64,000 bases of DNA from Phoronis australis. Its lineage: Eukaryota; Animalia; Phoronida. The notes under the pieces were generated by a model. The model was not told the DNA's origin. It saw only the letters and a list, made by a program, of their open reading frames with translations, and ran no database searches. A program made the position numbers and the translations under genes. Below, piece after piece: positions 13,640 to 26,938 of this stretch. Location of the stretch: contig NMRA01000036.1 in the NCBI GenBank assembly GCA_002633005.1, forward strand, positions 664,440 to 728,439. Reading direction: 5' to 3'. Numbering within the stretch: position 1 is the stretch's first letter; every line of letters starts with the position of its first letter.

Positions 13640-15170
13640 TATTTGTAGTCAAGAGAAATCGAAGAAACGATGTTATCATTCAATAATTTTCCGAAATTCA
13701 AGTCAAGTGAAGGAGTGGCCTTGGTATTTTATGCGCACCCGTTTGCCAACACGTAGGTGTAATCCGTGTAGTGCAGTCGCGTGCTTCCCAGAGACCTGTG
13801 AAACCACGACGACAGGACTGTACGAGTTCCTCACTTATTCTTCCCTTAAAAGTACTTTAATTTATGTTAGAGGTAAGTGGCCAAGATCTCAACCTTTATT
13901 TCACTTTTCAGTGCAGTACTATAGATAGTCATGTAATTCCAATTCATGTCCATTTTTGCAAAAAGCGAACTGGGGCCCATGTACAGGGTTTTCCTTTGTC
14001 TCTGTAGACCTACTACAATAACTAGCCCAGAGTCAACTGTTCAAAAGCTTTGTGTTTCTCATTTTAATCGTTCATTTCAGCATTAAGTCCTGATGTGGAA
14101 TATTATGGTCATAAACAGTAGACAATCACCACATTTTTGTATTATGGGTTCAAATTCAATTGTAAACAAAGAAGGTCTCTGTTGTAAACAAACGTTTGGG
14201 GTGTCCTGCATCAGGTCAGTTGTTTATGGTGTTTATCTAGGTCAACCTTTGACTCATTGGATTGGTACAAAATAACATATTAATCCCAACAGGCACTTTC
14301 TTTTAATGGTTAAAAGTTTTCAAGTTAACAAATAAGATTGGCCACGTCTAGAATCAAATTCATAATTATGTTCATGCGTGACACTTTCATGTTGTTGTAT
14401 GTGACATGCCACATAACAGTCAGTGTTTCTCCAAACCTGTCCGAAAGACCTAACTGAACTCCACCTGGCAGTCATTCTTTGTTATGGCAAAAAGCCTGTA
14501 TGTTGCAGGTTACCCAACCTGATGGAAGCACCAGCAAACTTGCCACGAGTTCAGTAATGCAAGACTTCGCTTAAAAGCAAGACTTAGCAAGATTACGCGA
14601 GATGATTCCGCGTATGTTAAATGAGAGCGCATGACTTTGGCTAGATTTTTGGGCGATCCTAGCATTACTGAACTTTACCCTGTTGAAGTGACAGGTTAAA
14701 AATAGTCATGGAGTACACTGATGTATCAAAATAGCTCCCAAGTATACTTGATAGTTGTTTTTCTTTTCTCTACAGGTACCGGTTACTACGGAAAAACAAC
14801 TCAAGATTGGAAACAATTATTTAAAAATCTCGATTACAGGTTGAAAACTTCATCTCCATAATTGGAAATGAGGGAGCAAAGAATTTTATTGGGCAAAGGT
14901 CATTGAACTTCTCTGCCTACGAACACTAATCCTTCATGAATCCGGTCAAACATCATTTGAATATCTGCGTACAATACAGGGTCAGATTCTGGATATGTTA
15001 AAAGAGGCGTGTGGCTAGATTCCATTTGCTGGAAGACAACATAGTGTGAGACATGTGTTCCCAAAAAGCTGCTGTATTCTACATGTCAAGGCCACTGAGC
15101 ACTTTCTTTGCCACATTCTGTTTGCAGAGTTATCGACTCCATGCACTACTATGTTGGAAATAGTACCAAG
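13640..15170 (+). pseudogene. Highly decayed transposon gene remnant, possibly THAP-like plus SWIM-like exons (ISL2EU/Kolobok-type accessory gene)
   Basis: Exon-like pieces with a donor at ~13872 and an acceptor at ~14775. Fragments across frames (KRCYH...GV..FY.HPF; GYVK.AC...AG....RHV...AVFY) loosely recall THAP and SWIM motifs; many stops and frameshifts. Confidence 0.3.
14548..14675. mobile_element. ~125-bp MITE; second copy at ~53092-53205
   Basis: Inverted ends AGTTCAGTAATGC...GCATTACTGAACT. The core GATTACG(C/T)GAGATG...TTTGGCTAGATTTT is shared with the 53.1-kb copy. Confidence 0.65.
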
Positions 15171-16119
15171 ATAATTTGATTGAGGACTTTGTTCACTACA
15201 GCTACACACATAAAACTTAAATTCATGAACAGATCTATACATGTGAATTTGAGGTATGGTAATAAAGACACATTGCGTGTATGTACTTCGTGGTATTACC
15301 ACCACCACATTTGTGTACGGTGAAATAACTATAAAAACGACGTTCAACAAAAAAATTCGATAAAGAGAAAATCGGATGACAATAGCAAATTTTATTAGTT
15401 AATAGTTTTGATAACACCACAGCTTGTACATGATATTTTTGTTTCCTAACTCAAGCATGTATCACCACGGCAACTTCCCATGTCTAGCGAAAAGCCGGCT
15501 AAAGCTGATTCCTTTACAGTAGCTATTAACCATGCAAAGCACAGGTTCTATCTAGTACTACTGTAATTTCCCATGCGACATGGCCCTATTTTCCCAGATG
15601 TCCTGCTTTTTATCTGGAAGCCATGCTTTGGAATGTTGGCAACTATGCAAGAGGTGTTCAGAATAACATTCTCTGTTTGTCACGAATATTCTTATTTTTC
15701 AGAGTCTTAACAATCGTAAAAATGTGTTCCAATGTTTCTTGTTTATGGTAACACCCACTGCATGTATCAGAATAACTATTTTTTCTTTCTGAAGACTAGC
15801 TCATCTACAAACCACTATAGAAAGTCTTGCACAAGAACCTAGTATGTAATGATTTATCCACTGTGACAGTATATTTCAAAGCTACACAATAAACGTTCAC
15901 TCTTTTTTGTTTATCAAAAAGCCTTTATCTGTAAATTTTGAAAAGGTAGTTCGAATAATTAGTTTATTACATTTTAACTTAAATGTCATTGCGTCCTGAA
16001 TTTTTATTGAATAACTGTTAGCACCAAAGATTTAATTAATAGTGAGATATATAATTTCGGATGAATGCTCATAATGGGGGACCACTCAGGTCTTACGAAA
16101 AATAGCATTTTGGAAACAA

Positions 16120-17150
16120 TTTAACAGAGGTAGTTCCGCATTACAAGTATTTGGGGGTATTTGTCAGACCAAAGTTAGCTTGGACAGACGCAACCAAAAC
16201 ACTGTCATGTCAAGGTACCAAATCAGCAATAGCCAAACTGTTTAAAACATACCAATACCAAAGTTTATCCGACTTTGTTACTTAACCTATTTGGTAAAAT
16301 GATACATCCGACCTTAACCTGTGGTGCAGAAGTGTAGGGTTCAATAGTGTATTGAACGTGTTCACATTAAATTTTGTAAAATGGTCCTGATTGTAGGATC
16401 TACCACACTGTTCAAATTCTGTAGTGTTAAGCAAATGTGGTCGCTACCCATTGTTTATTAAACATTATGTTAAATGTTTTAAGTACTGGTTCAATTTATG
16501 GTAACAGATACCAGAAGCATACTACGATTTATTGTTTAATTTGGATTACAATGGAAAGTGTCATTATAACTGTGTTCTGCAGTTAAAAAACTTCTATGTG
16601 AATATGGTTTTATGAGGTCTGGTTGTCTGTGAGACTTTATTAATATCTTTTCTCAAGATGTTATAGATTGTTATATATAAGGCTGGCAGAGTGACGTATT
16701 CTAAGTTATGATACTTTTCTCAATGTAAATTAGAGTACACATTCGAACTTTACCTGTTATCAGATTTGCCTAGAAAATTCACACGTTTGACGCAATTTCG
16801 TTGTGCAAATCATGATTTAGGCATCGAAACCGGCAGGCATAATTTCCTAACATTCTGACCGCATGCGTCTTTTCTGTCCAAATAACATCGAAGATGAATA
16901 TCATTTTATACTTGTATGTCCAGCATTCCATTATTTAAGGTTTAGATTTACACAGGAAAATATTGGAGCAGACCCAGCGTCAACAAATTTATTAGTTTCA
17001 TGCAAAACCCTGATAAAGGTGTTATTAGTTATATTTACCTTTTATTTTGTAAGAGATCATTACATAAATGTATGTGCCTCTCTAGTATTATAGTTTTACT
17101 TGTGATAATTGTACCTTGGGCCTGTGGCCTTGAATACTTGTAATAAACAC
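16120..17150 (+). mobile_element. 5'-truncated, decayed non-LTR retrotransposon ORF2 3' end (RTEX-like, clade unverified)
   Basis: Fragments IERVHIKFCK, CGRYPL..KYW, IETGRH and CPNNIEDEYHFILVCP..LR are typical of LINE ORF2 C-termini; ends near AATAAA at ~17142. Confidence 0.8.
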
Positions 17151-17542
17151 TATAATTCTAAATTTTTGAAGCATCTGTGAAGGATCTATTCTAAAATCTC
17201 TGTCTTGACAGAGTCAAGATTTTTTTGAATTTTTGGAATTATTTCCTTGCTGCTTTAATCAGTCATTCATATAACCTCTCTGGTTCATTTCCTTGTTTAT
17301 GCACCTATTACACCTTTTCGCATTTTGGTAACACAACATGCGAAATTATAATTATTGATGAATTACAAATGCCATGCATGCGCAACACAACCTCAACAGC
17401 ACGAGATTGAAATTGCCATTGCAAGCCACAGTTCTATGGTCAAAGGCACTTTTGTTATCCTCAACAGCAAAGTTGTGTGATGTCTTGTTTAATCATATGC
17501 TAAAGAGGTAAAACTGAGTGCATTAATAAGGTGGAAACTTAC

Positions 17543-17661
17543 ATCAAGTACATACTCCTGCACAACAGCATGAATGATGACAAGAATGAGGAGGTAGAAG
17601 AAGATATTAAACAGGTCCTTCATTCCATTAGTGTACAGGTACATTTGGCTGTCATCCGTTT
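17543..17661 (-). CDS. TRAM1: TRAM1 exon 3 (ETDDSQMYLYTNGMKDLFNIFFYLLILVIIHAVVQEYVLD)
   Basis: ttgcAG acceptor and GTAAGT donor; 119 nt, phase 1 to 0. Matches the TRAM motif Y..G.KD...FFY.L..II.HAV.QEY.LD. Confidence 0.95.
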
Positions 17662-17820
17662 CTGCAACAAAAGCCAAATCAATTTAACTTGTCAAACAGG
17701 TGCTTTATTCCAATAGTGTACACGTACAACTGACTGTCACCAGTTTCTCTAATAAAAGCTGAAACAATCAACATGTCAAACAGGTCCTTCATTCCACTGT
17801 TGCACAGGTACAACTGACCA
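17609..17820. repeat. ~85-bp tandem repeat (2.5 copies) spanning the TRAM1 exon 3 acceptor
   Basis: AAACAGGT(C/G)CTT(C/T)ATTCCA...ACA(G/C)GTACA at 17609 (exonic), 17694 and 17778. Confidence 0.85.
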
Positions 17821-18308
17821 CAGTACCACAGAATTTTGTCTACGTTAGAACCTTACCCACAAGTGTGAACATTTAGCCAAATACCTACAAAACTATAGAA
17901 TTTTAACTCAGCAAACATGTATATCTTCTGAAAGTAGAAATTATGTAGAACTTGATGTTTTACTTGAAACCAATCTGCCAATAATTAGGTCATGAGATTT
18001 TGGTTTTTAAAGAAAATTTAGCAACGAGAAACTAAGGTACACTCACTGCAAAACAACAACGCATAATCAATAGGCCTATTCTGACATAACGGTGACTTGA
18101 TATTTGACAGACATCAAGAAGGTTGACAGTCTGAGTCACTTTGTTGAATAACCATTTGAATCAAAGATAAAACCAAATATCTGAAGACAATTTTAAAAAA
18201 TGTCGAATTTATGAATGTTAATGAATTTTTAGACCTTGAACACATCCAACTGAAGAGTTATATTGTCACAGTGAAACAGTACTTGTGTTTACAAGAAAAT
18301 TAACTTAC

Positions 18309-18366
18309 CATTCAAGGTTACATTGTGGTTGACACCAACAAACAGAGAGGCAACTGGGGCAGATAC
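18309..18366 (-). CDS. TRAM1: TRAM1 exon 2 (VSAPVASLFVGVNHNVTLN)
   Basis: ttttctcAG acceptor and GTAAGT donor; 58 nt, phase 0 to 1. Resembles the TRAM segment A.IF..LQYNVT, including the NVT sequon. Confidence 0.88.
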
Positions 18367-18573
18367 CTGAGAAAACAGGAAATTAGTTTTAAGAAATTAT
18401 TCATTGGTTGCGTATATCTTGCTATTATTGCCTAACCAATCAGAAAACTGCTTGAGATTTGGCTTGAGTGTTCACTTGTAACGCGCGTTTGGAATTTTGG
18501 TTCTTACCACATGAACATGTAATTAGAGAGCTTACTTTGGGCAGAAAACTCCAATAACTAACTTCAGATAGTC

Positions 18574-19490
18574 TTTATACACCCACATATTTATATGTGG
18601 ATGCATTATGCCGCCATCTCCGTCCGGGCGGCGTCCGTCCGACGTCCATTGCTCTATCTCCAAAACCCTTTGACTTACGTTCATGAAATTTGGCACATGT
18701 TCCATTCATGAATGGGACGGCATGAGTGAACTTTCCGACGGATCCGACTACCGGCGTGCCCCCTAGTGGCAATTTTAGTTTTTTACACTTATCTTTGTAT
18801 CTTATTCTTCTAAAGTCCTGAACGGATTTTCATGAAATTTGGTATGTAGGCACCTATTACTGAGATGACGCTATCCTCCCGTTTTTTTTTGCGCCCCTAG
18901 TGGCAATTTTAATTTTTTTAGGTTTAACTCAGTATCATCAAAGGTCTCAACAGATTTTCATAAATTTTAAATATAGGCATCTATTGCTGTGATGATGCTA
19001 TCTTCCTGTTTTTGGATGGAATTGAGGTACTTTGCACCACCCACCTGTTTTCAAATCTTGTTTTTGGTGTCCACCCCTTTATCAACCAAATCATTTGAAA
19101 ACTGGCATATATGTTCTCAGTACTGTGGCGCCTCCTAGTGATAGTTTTGTTTCGCGCCCATAGTTGTATCTCCTGAACCCACAGCAGGATCTTTACTAAA
19201 TTTAGTAAGTGTATTTATATGAAGATAACAACAGACGACGACGACTTTCAGGCGGATCCAACGGACACTGTGCCCGCTAGTGGCAATTTCATTTTATTCT
19301 GTTTTCCTTTGTTTCTCTGAAGTTCCTTGACAGATTTTTATGAAATATGGCATTTTCCCGTTTTTGAATAGATTGTATGTTTTTGCGCGATCTTGTGGCC
19401 ATTATTATGATACAAATAAATATAACCATAAAAGCACACCATTTGCAATGCATTCGTGGGCGCATTTCAACGCTCCGCGTTGCTCTTGTT
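18574..19490 (+). mobile_element. Complete Helentron-associated (HINE/DINE-1-like) non-autonomous element
   Basis: 5' TTT plus subterminal repeat ATACACCCAC with nearby inverted copy GTGGATGCAT; (CGTC)n-type microsatellite; ~130-240-bp core repeats; 3' GTGGGCGCAT followed by hairpin CAACGC..GCGTTG and CTCTTGTT. Confidence 0.8.
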
Positions 19491-19675
19491 CTCTATTTTG
19501 AACTTAGCGGTTTTATTTTTACTTAATCTTGAAATGATTTTAGCCAACCATCATTTCATAAATTTTGACATTACGAATTTGGAGTATTTTGGATAAGCAT
19601 ACAAGCTTCAGTATTGTTTGCAGCAGAAAACCGTCTTTTCAACAAGAAAATAAAAGTTTAAAGCAGGTGCCACAT

Positions 19676-21343
19676 TCGGCATTTTTTCACTCAGGGTGCA
19701 AATCTAGATTTTTTTATGCTATGCAATCATGTTGACAGAATTCCTTCACCTCCGGCAGATATTTGTATGGTGATCTTGTTTTAGCACTGGTACTTATGGA
19801 AATTTACAGATTTTAAAGTACGAAAAAATGTAAATTATGGCCAGAGTAATCCTTAATACAGCTGAAAATAGTCAGAAATCCATCATTATCTCGTTTCACT
19901 GATACATTGCATGTTTTTAATACACTTGGCATTTAATTAAATCGTACATTTAATTGAAATTTAATGTTTTTTTTCATGATCTTAACATGTATTTATTTTT
20001 TCCAGAGATTGCAGGGATCTGACAAGTCAAACACAATTTTCAGGCACAATCGCAAAATGGTGTCAATGTTATGCAAAACACTAAAATTTGCATGTGCTCC
20101 TTCTCTTACAGCCGTGGCTGAAAAAGAAATGCATTACTAGTGTTTTGAACTGCGTTTTTTAATGGTTGATGGTATATAGAATTTGATTTAGAAACCACAT
20201 ATTTTTACCAGATGTCCTGGTGATTGGATTCCTCAACCAAATAATATCACCGTCACCTAAGAAAAACTGTGTATTCTCCATAGCCTTGTCTGAATTCCAT
20301 TAAATTCTTTCATTAATAAAAGATATTTGATACTGCACATTGGGAATCTTGAAGCTATCTTTGGCTCACAAAAAATATTAGACCAAGCCCTGGATTTGAA
20401 TTGATCAAAAGCAAAAATGTCTTTTGTATTCTCCGTAGCAGCCTGTATTCTCCATAGCCCCCACTTATATATATTGTATTGTATATCAGTTTAAACTCAT
20501 TATTAATAAAACATGAATGTTCTTTGGTGATTCAGAAGTGTTCATGGTATTAACAATTAAATGAATTCTATTGCATTGCTCAAGTGTTCATCCACTCATA
20601 AACAGGTATCTGCATATTTTGTATTCTCCGTAGCCCCCTCCATGATCTGTGTGATGTGAGACTTGTGCATACAATGTTTACTGATGATGAAAAATGCTTT
20701 CCTGTATTTCTTTGATGGTAGTTGATGGAAATAAGCATCCCATTGATGGTGATGTGACTCTGGTGATAGTTAAGAGCTGAGTATGTCTAAGGATTAAGTA
20801 CAATCGCTATGTTTTACTTGTATACTCACATCTCGTGAAGCATACACAGGTGTGAACAGGGGCGGATCCAGGATTTTGAGTTCGGGGGGGGGGCAGGGCA
20901 GAGTATTTTCCAGGATTTTACCCATCAGTCATTCGCACCCCCGAATTACCAAATCTAATCTGGGAGAATTTTAAGGGGGGGCGGGGCATGGCCCCCTTGG
21001 TCCCCCCTTAAATCCGTCTCTGGTGAACCTAGTTTTTTATATTGATGTTCAGTGAATAAGTACATGAGTTACCAGTAATAAACTTTCTTGTTCCTAAGCC
21101 AGATTTAATTTTTTTTCCAAAATTGATGTGACAATATCAATGATGTATTCTCCATAGCCCATATTTTTTGTTATTTCATCAGGCCCAATCTCAAAAACTA
21201 AATGAGGATACTTCACAAAAATTTTACCCAATATTCCACATACCATGTTGATTCTAATAAAAGAAGTCTCAAGCTAAAATGAAAACTCCATAAAATGCCA
21301 TTTCTGAAACAAAAGTATGCAACTCTGAGTGAAAAAATGCCGA
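19676..21343. mobile_element. Non-autonomous TIR element (Tc1/mariner-like), copy A, in TRAM1 intron 1
   Basis: TIR TCGGCATTTTTTCACTCAG at both ends; about 5 internal GTATTCTCC(A/G)TAGC motifs; colinear with 57891-59878 in reverse. Confidence 0.85.
20857..21022. mobile_element. 166-bp GC-rich MITE with a 5-bp TSD (GTGAA), inserted in copy A
   Basis: CAGGGGCGGATCC...AATCCGTCTCTG flanked by GTGAA on both sides. Copy B shows the empty site with a single GTGAA (reverse complement at ~58210). Confidence 0.9.
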
Positions 21344-22192
21344 TTGTTCGATTGCCCACTCTAATAACTAGCATCAGTGTACCCACGATCAACAGTGTAC
21401 CCACAATCGACACCCTCACGATAAATACTTAAAAGACTTACCAGTTACACTGAATTCTTTTCAAGTCTCAGAGGCAAACAGCTCTCACTGTATGCATGCC
21501 ATCGTGTGTGCACAAAATCTTGCCTTTTTTAAGCGAGGGTTTAACAAGTTGAAGCGGCAGAGAAGCAGATGATTGGCAAGTTTTAATTTTAGAAAAAGAA
21601 TCTAAATTTGAATCCGAGATGTACATTAAATAGAACTGAAAATCCTTAAGTTCAATTACTACAAGTCAGGAAATCACTACGACTTCTGAACATGTGCTTT
21701 AGGAAACCTCGTAGGGTGTGGAACGTGGGTACACACTTTTGTCAGCCACGTGAGTTGTCATCTATCGCTTGTAAAAATTTTAGTCTTTTGACCAATTTTC
21801 TCATTGGTGACACCATTCGAAAGTCTGGGAAATGTGTTTTATTACATTGATTGAGTAAGCTTTTCCAGAAATATCACAGAATGTACATGAACAAAATACA
21901 GACAAATGGTGTGAAAAAATGAGTGCATTGCTGCTAAATTATTTGGGTGAGCACATTTTTCATTTGGACAAGAGAAACTGTTGGTTTACTACCATGATGA
22001 CAAGTAAGCAAGCCAAAAAAGTGTCAAACCCTGGCTGGACCATACGATCAGCTGATCAGAACCATATGTTAGTTGAAACCCAGCCAAAAATCTACCACGT
22101 CCACGTGGACTGTTACACTGCTAGTGTCAACCAGATACAGAACACACAATTGTTGCACAGGTGCAGAAAACTCTAAGCATAGAGTTAGGTCA

Positions 22193-22640
<448 letters not shown>

Positions 22641-24346
22641 GTTGTTGCCAAATGTGGAAAATCTTTAATTTTGAAAGTATTTTCAACTTAAAAAGTGTAC
22701 TTTAGGTCTAGAATCTCATTAAAATTGTTTAGTTTTCGGAAAAAATACAAGTATTTGATGTTTACTCATTCAAAATTGACCGGGAAGAACGTCCAATTAC
22801 AAAGAGCGACACATATCAAGACATTGTAATGGCAGCATCCTTGTTGACAGCGTGAATCAGTTGTGTTAGAGAATTGTGTTGACCCTTCTGTATTATTTAT
22901 GGTCGTTTGATTGGCAATTCTTCTGCTGCAAACATCCAACAATCACAGGTTTGTGTTTTTGTAATTATTTTCAAACGCTCTAAGCCCATTGCTGTCATCT
23001 GTGTTTATACAGGGATATACCAGGTTTCAAAACCCCGCTCGCCAGCTAGGCGAGTGAGCCAGAAAATGTACTCGGCCAGCACAAAGTTCAGTCGCCCGGT
23101 CGTTTTGCGTGGGTCACCACAAACTTGCTACCAGTGTCAATAAAAATGATCGTTTCGTGCGTTGATGTCACCATCTATTAGGGCTAGTATCGTTTTTTTG
23201 AAAATGCAGAATTCTTACCAAGAAAGTATCGAGGATGAATTCCCAACAACGCAAGACGTCTAGCCTTGGCGCAAAACTGGGCACTAGTCGGATATAATGG
23301 ACCCTAACTTATTCCAAATAAATCCACTAAATGTAGGTCTAAATGAATAATTTTGGTATTGTTGCATTCCTCAGACATCTGGCTATCCGTACAAATCCTT
23401 TTCACGACCCTCAATTACTCTAGTCTATAACTACGCCATTCCGAACTCGGTCCACTTTAGCCACGCGCATCGTGAAATCGGCAGCCATTTCAGGGAACTT
23501 ACTATATCTAGCGCCATCTATCGGCGATTGCTACAACACGCGCTGTTCCTTTTTCATCAGTCAACATGGACGACAATAACATGACGATGACAGATACGAT
23601 CATGAGAGAGACAACGAAGGTGATGACGAGAGCAGACGTAACGATGATTATCAACGATGACGTTAATAATTGACGAAATCAACGAGTGACGTTGAGTGAT
23701 GCGCTGATGTGGGTAAAAGACTGACCAGATAAAATGGGACAAAAAATTAGTGTCGTTAAAAACTACCCTCTTCTTTGAGTACAAGTAGTTACATTATTTA
23801 TCGTTGTTGGAATCATTTGTGTTCTAGCTACCATTTTTCTGGTGCTAAAATTGCTGCACTATTTTTACGTCGGCTTTCGGCGCCATCAAATGTTGCATTT
23901 TCCTTTGTCCAGTTTCTTTGTTCGCTGATTCTTCAATCAACTGTCATTCTTTCACGAGGTTGCATACATGTCACAACAAATTATCGCAATTGGAGTTCAT
24001 CAAAAGTTTTTAATATTATAATACTAGTAAACCAAATTTCAGAACAATTTGGCTGTCATCTTCTCCCAAGAGATGTGGTAAAACTTAAGGAAATGGTGTG
24101 TGCGTGTGTCACGAGCATACTGTTTTCAAAACGACGATATACTTTTCTTTGTTGGCAGAGAACGATCCAAGAAAATGACATTTATTTGATTGCGCTTAAT
24201 TGTTCTTAATTTAAACAGCTGTAACGGGCAAGGTGAGTGGCGGTTGACTCCTAGATTTTGCATGCACCCCCTGCCGGTCTTTAGCTCTACATGTTGATAA
24301 TAGAACTACCCGGGCTGTGTGCAGTTTCGAGGACTGTCAGCTCAAT

Positions 24347-26938
24347 CAGGGCTCGACATAACGAGCTGCAGGTTGCATTTGCGACCTGAAATTTGGAAAT
24401 GCGAGCTGAGATTTTTGTCAGCTTGTATCAAGTCGCAAAATGCGACCTGGAATTTCCAATGAATGCGAGCTGAGTTTTTACACTTCTCGGCAAAACCTGG
24501 CAAATATAATGCAACTCTTTTGTTAATTCGACCGTTATTTGGTTGTTGCCAAATCCAAGTTCAAAAGAAACTAACCGAGAACAGCCCTCACGATGACTTG
24601 TAAGCAAGTCGCGTGAACATGGGATATGCAGAATCGATCTTTGACACGTTTCATTGGCTAACATTTTCGGCCGCTTCTGCAAATTTCCGGATTCGCCGAA
24701 TAAGGTTTCGGGCCACTGCATGACACGTACGTGATAAAACGTCATAAAACAGCGGTGTTTCTTGTTATTCTTAAGCGATCAACTTACCAAACGTTGTGGT
24801 GAACAAATATGTATATTTTTCGCGTAAGATGTGCCTATTACTCCACGACAATATCCCTGATATCGCCTGCTGCACTGGTCGGTCCTTTGTTAGCGCGCAA
24901 GCGGTCCCGGCAGACAGTCGTGGCTTAGAGACGTGCGTCTCCTTTTTATCGCATGAGATAGCCAAAGTGAAAATGACAACCCTATTAATCGCCAAACGAC
25001 GGCCACATCTTTATTTTCAGTTGCCAAGAAATTCTCAAACCCCTTTACTTGTTTTTGGGGCTACGTTCGCGAAATATGATTTGTCTTTCACACGTCGCTG
25101 CCAACGTGAAGTGTAGGCCTACTCCAACGATTCAGGTGCGTGAACACGCGTGTTTGCACCACTTCAAAGCTGCACATCAAAAGAGAACAGGGACAGTCCT
25201 AAATGAAAATTAAACCAGCATGGCTCTGTTAAGCACCCGGATGCCAGTGGTTTATTTGAAAATGAACTCTTCCCGGCGGTTATAAAAGACCCGATGCTTT
25301 ACGATATTCCCCAAGACCGATATAACACAGAACTGATATTTTCCTGTTCCGACGTTTCCCGAGGTCGATGTTCCCTAAACCCTATATTCTATGCCCGTAG
25401 CCACTATTGCAACTAAACTGGTACTAGATGCAAAATTGTGGTTAGTGAACTTTTTATTCTTCTCTTCATTCAGCCCCCGGTAACTTTTCGCTCCCCGGAC
25501 CACCGTCGCCGTAAAATGTTCAGACTCCAATAGAAACAATTTTGTTCCAGCTGAAGCGGGCAATTAAAAACAAAATTATTCTGGGTGGCTAAAAAGGATA
25601 CAGTGTAGGTGGTAACGTTATCCAGAAAGTCACCCTTACTAGATGGAGTCTGCCTCACAAAATCGTATTATTATGACGTTTCTTACCATAGCAGTCTTCT
25701 AATATCTTATTACCGCAAACACTTAGGTTAACGACTTTGCTCACGCACAAGCCTACTCCCTACCTTTGAAGTGTTTCATAATAAGCGCTCAATGATCTAC
25801 TAAGCGTCATGGGCTGTGCAGCGCTGAAAAAAGTGGGGGGCTAAATCCCCTTCAGCCCCCCTGTGGTGCACCGCCTATTGGACCATGTGTGGCATAACAC
25901 TGAAAAAAATGGGGGCTATAGCCCCCCCTGCCCCCTATGGTGCTCCGCCCATGAGCGTTCCCCCTCAATGTTTTTGAGAATTTCGAATTATGCACTCAAA
26001 GTTCAGGCTAGTGCCCATCATAGCGCACTACAAACGAGCGCGCGTGGTTTGAAATTGGCATGCAGCCTATATGGTGTCATTCTCATTTTACATAACAAAT
26101 TCAGTTTTCAAAAAATGTCTTTTCGCAAGATGTAAAAACCAAATCCCGGCTTTGTTTTATACCTCCGAAAGAAAGTTAACACCAGTGACATGCGTGTTGT
26201 GTGACTGAGCTATTTTTTCTCGATGGAAACCCGAACGGAGGGAGTCGGGCATTATTTCGAGACTGTTCATTTCATGGAAAACTAATTGTTGAGTACGTAA
26301 ACAACGTAAGTGCTGCATGTTTTTTTTTAAATTTGGACTGAATTGTTCCCTCACATCCAAATAGGTCATTTGGTTGGGGCATCGTTTCACGGATTTTTTC
26401 TACAGATGTTTTTCAAACGTCGAGTTAAGTTGCAAAATTTGGACTGGGACCAAAAAGTGGAGGGAATTTGCACTCCGAGTTAGTTTGAATCTTTAACGAC
26501 TTTGATGACAGCCTGTAGCAGGTCAGACCTAGCAAAATCCTGGACACTTTTTCAATGGACATTTTCTCCCTTTTCACATCACAAACTTAGCTACTTGAAT
26601 GCACGTGTCAGTTAGAGAGCATTGATTCAACTTTCACGTCGGCAACTTGCCTTGCGCTGTAAAGCCTTTCAGTGGCGGCCGTGAAGAACAGTATCGCCGT
26701 ACCTGCATGAACGAAGTCAGTTTTGCGATCTGAAATTTGTGAGTATTTAACGCTGCAGGTAACAGCATAATCTAAACATTTTCTCGATGATCTAAAAAAT
26801 CAATTTTGCCTCTTAAAAATGTCGGGAAAATTTTGCGACCTGGCATTTATGAATGCGAGCTGGATTTTGAAAATGCGTCTTGGGATTTTGGCTACATCGC
26901 AAAATGCGACCTGGCGATTTTAATAGCGTCGAGCCCTG
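24347..26938. mobile_element. hAT5-like element, CAGGGCTCGA family copy 1
   Basis: TIR CAGGGCTCGAC...GTCGAGCCCTG; flanks TCAAT/TCAAC (4 of 5 match); subterminal TGCGACC/TGCGAGC arrays. Confidence 0.85.
25808..25953. mobile_element. 146-bp GC-rich MITE with a 5-bp TSD (AGCGT), innermost in the nest
   Basis: CATGGGC...GCCCATG ends with AGCGT on both sides; two internal related G/C-run units. Confidence 0.85.

Noticed and set aside
13193-13648. 151-aa ORF in a GC-rich stretch
   Set aside because: No recognisable domain; it lies in a transposon-like segment inside TRAM1 intron 3.
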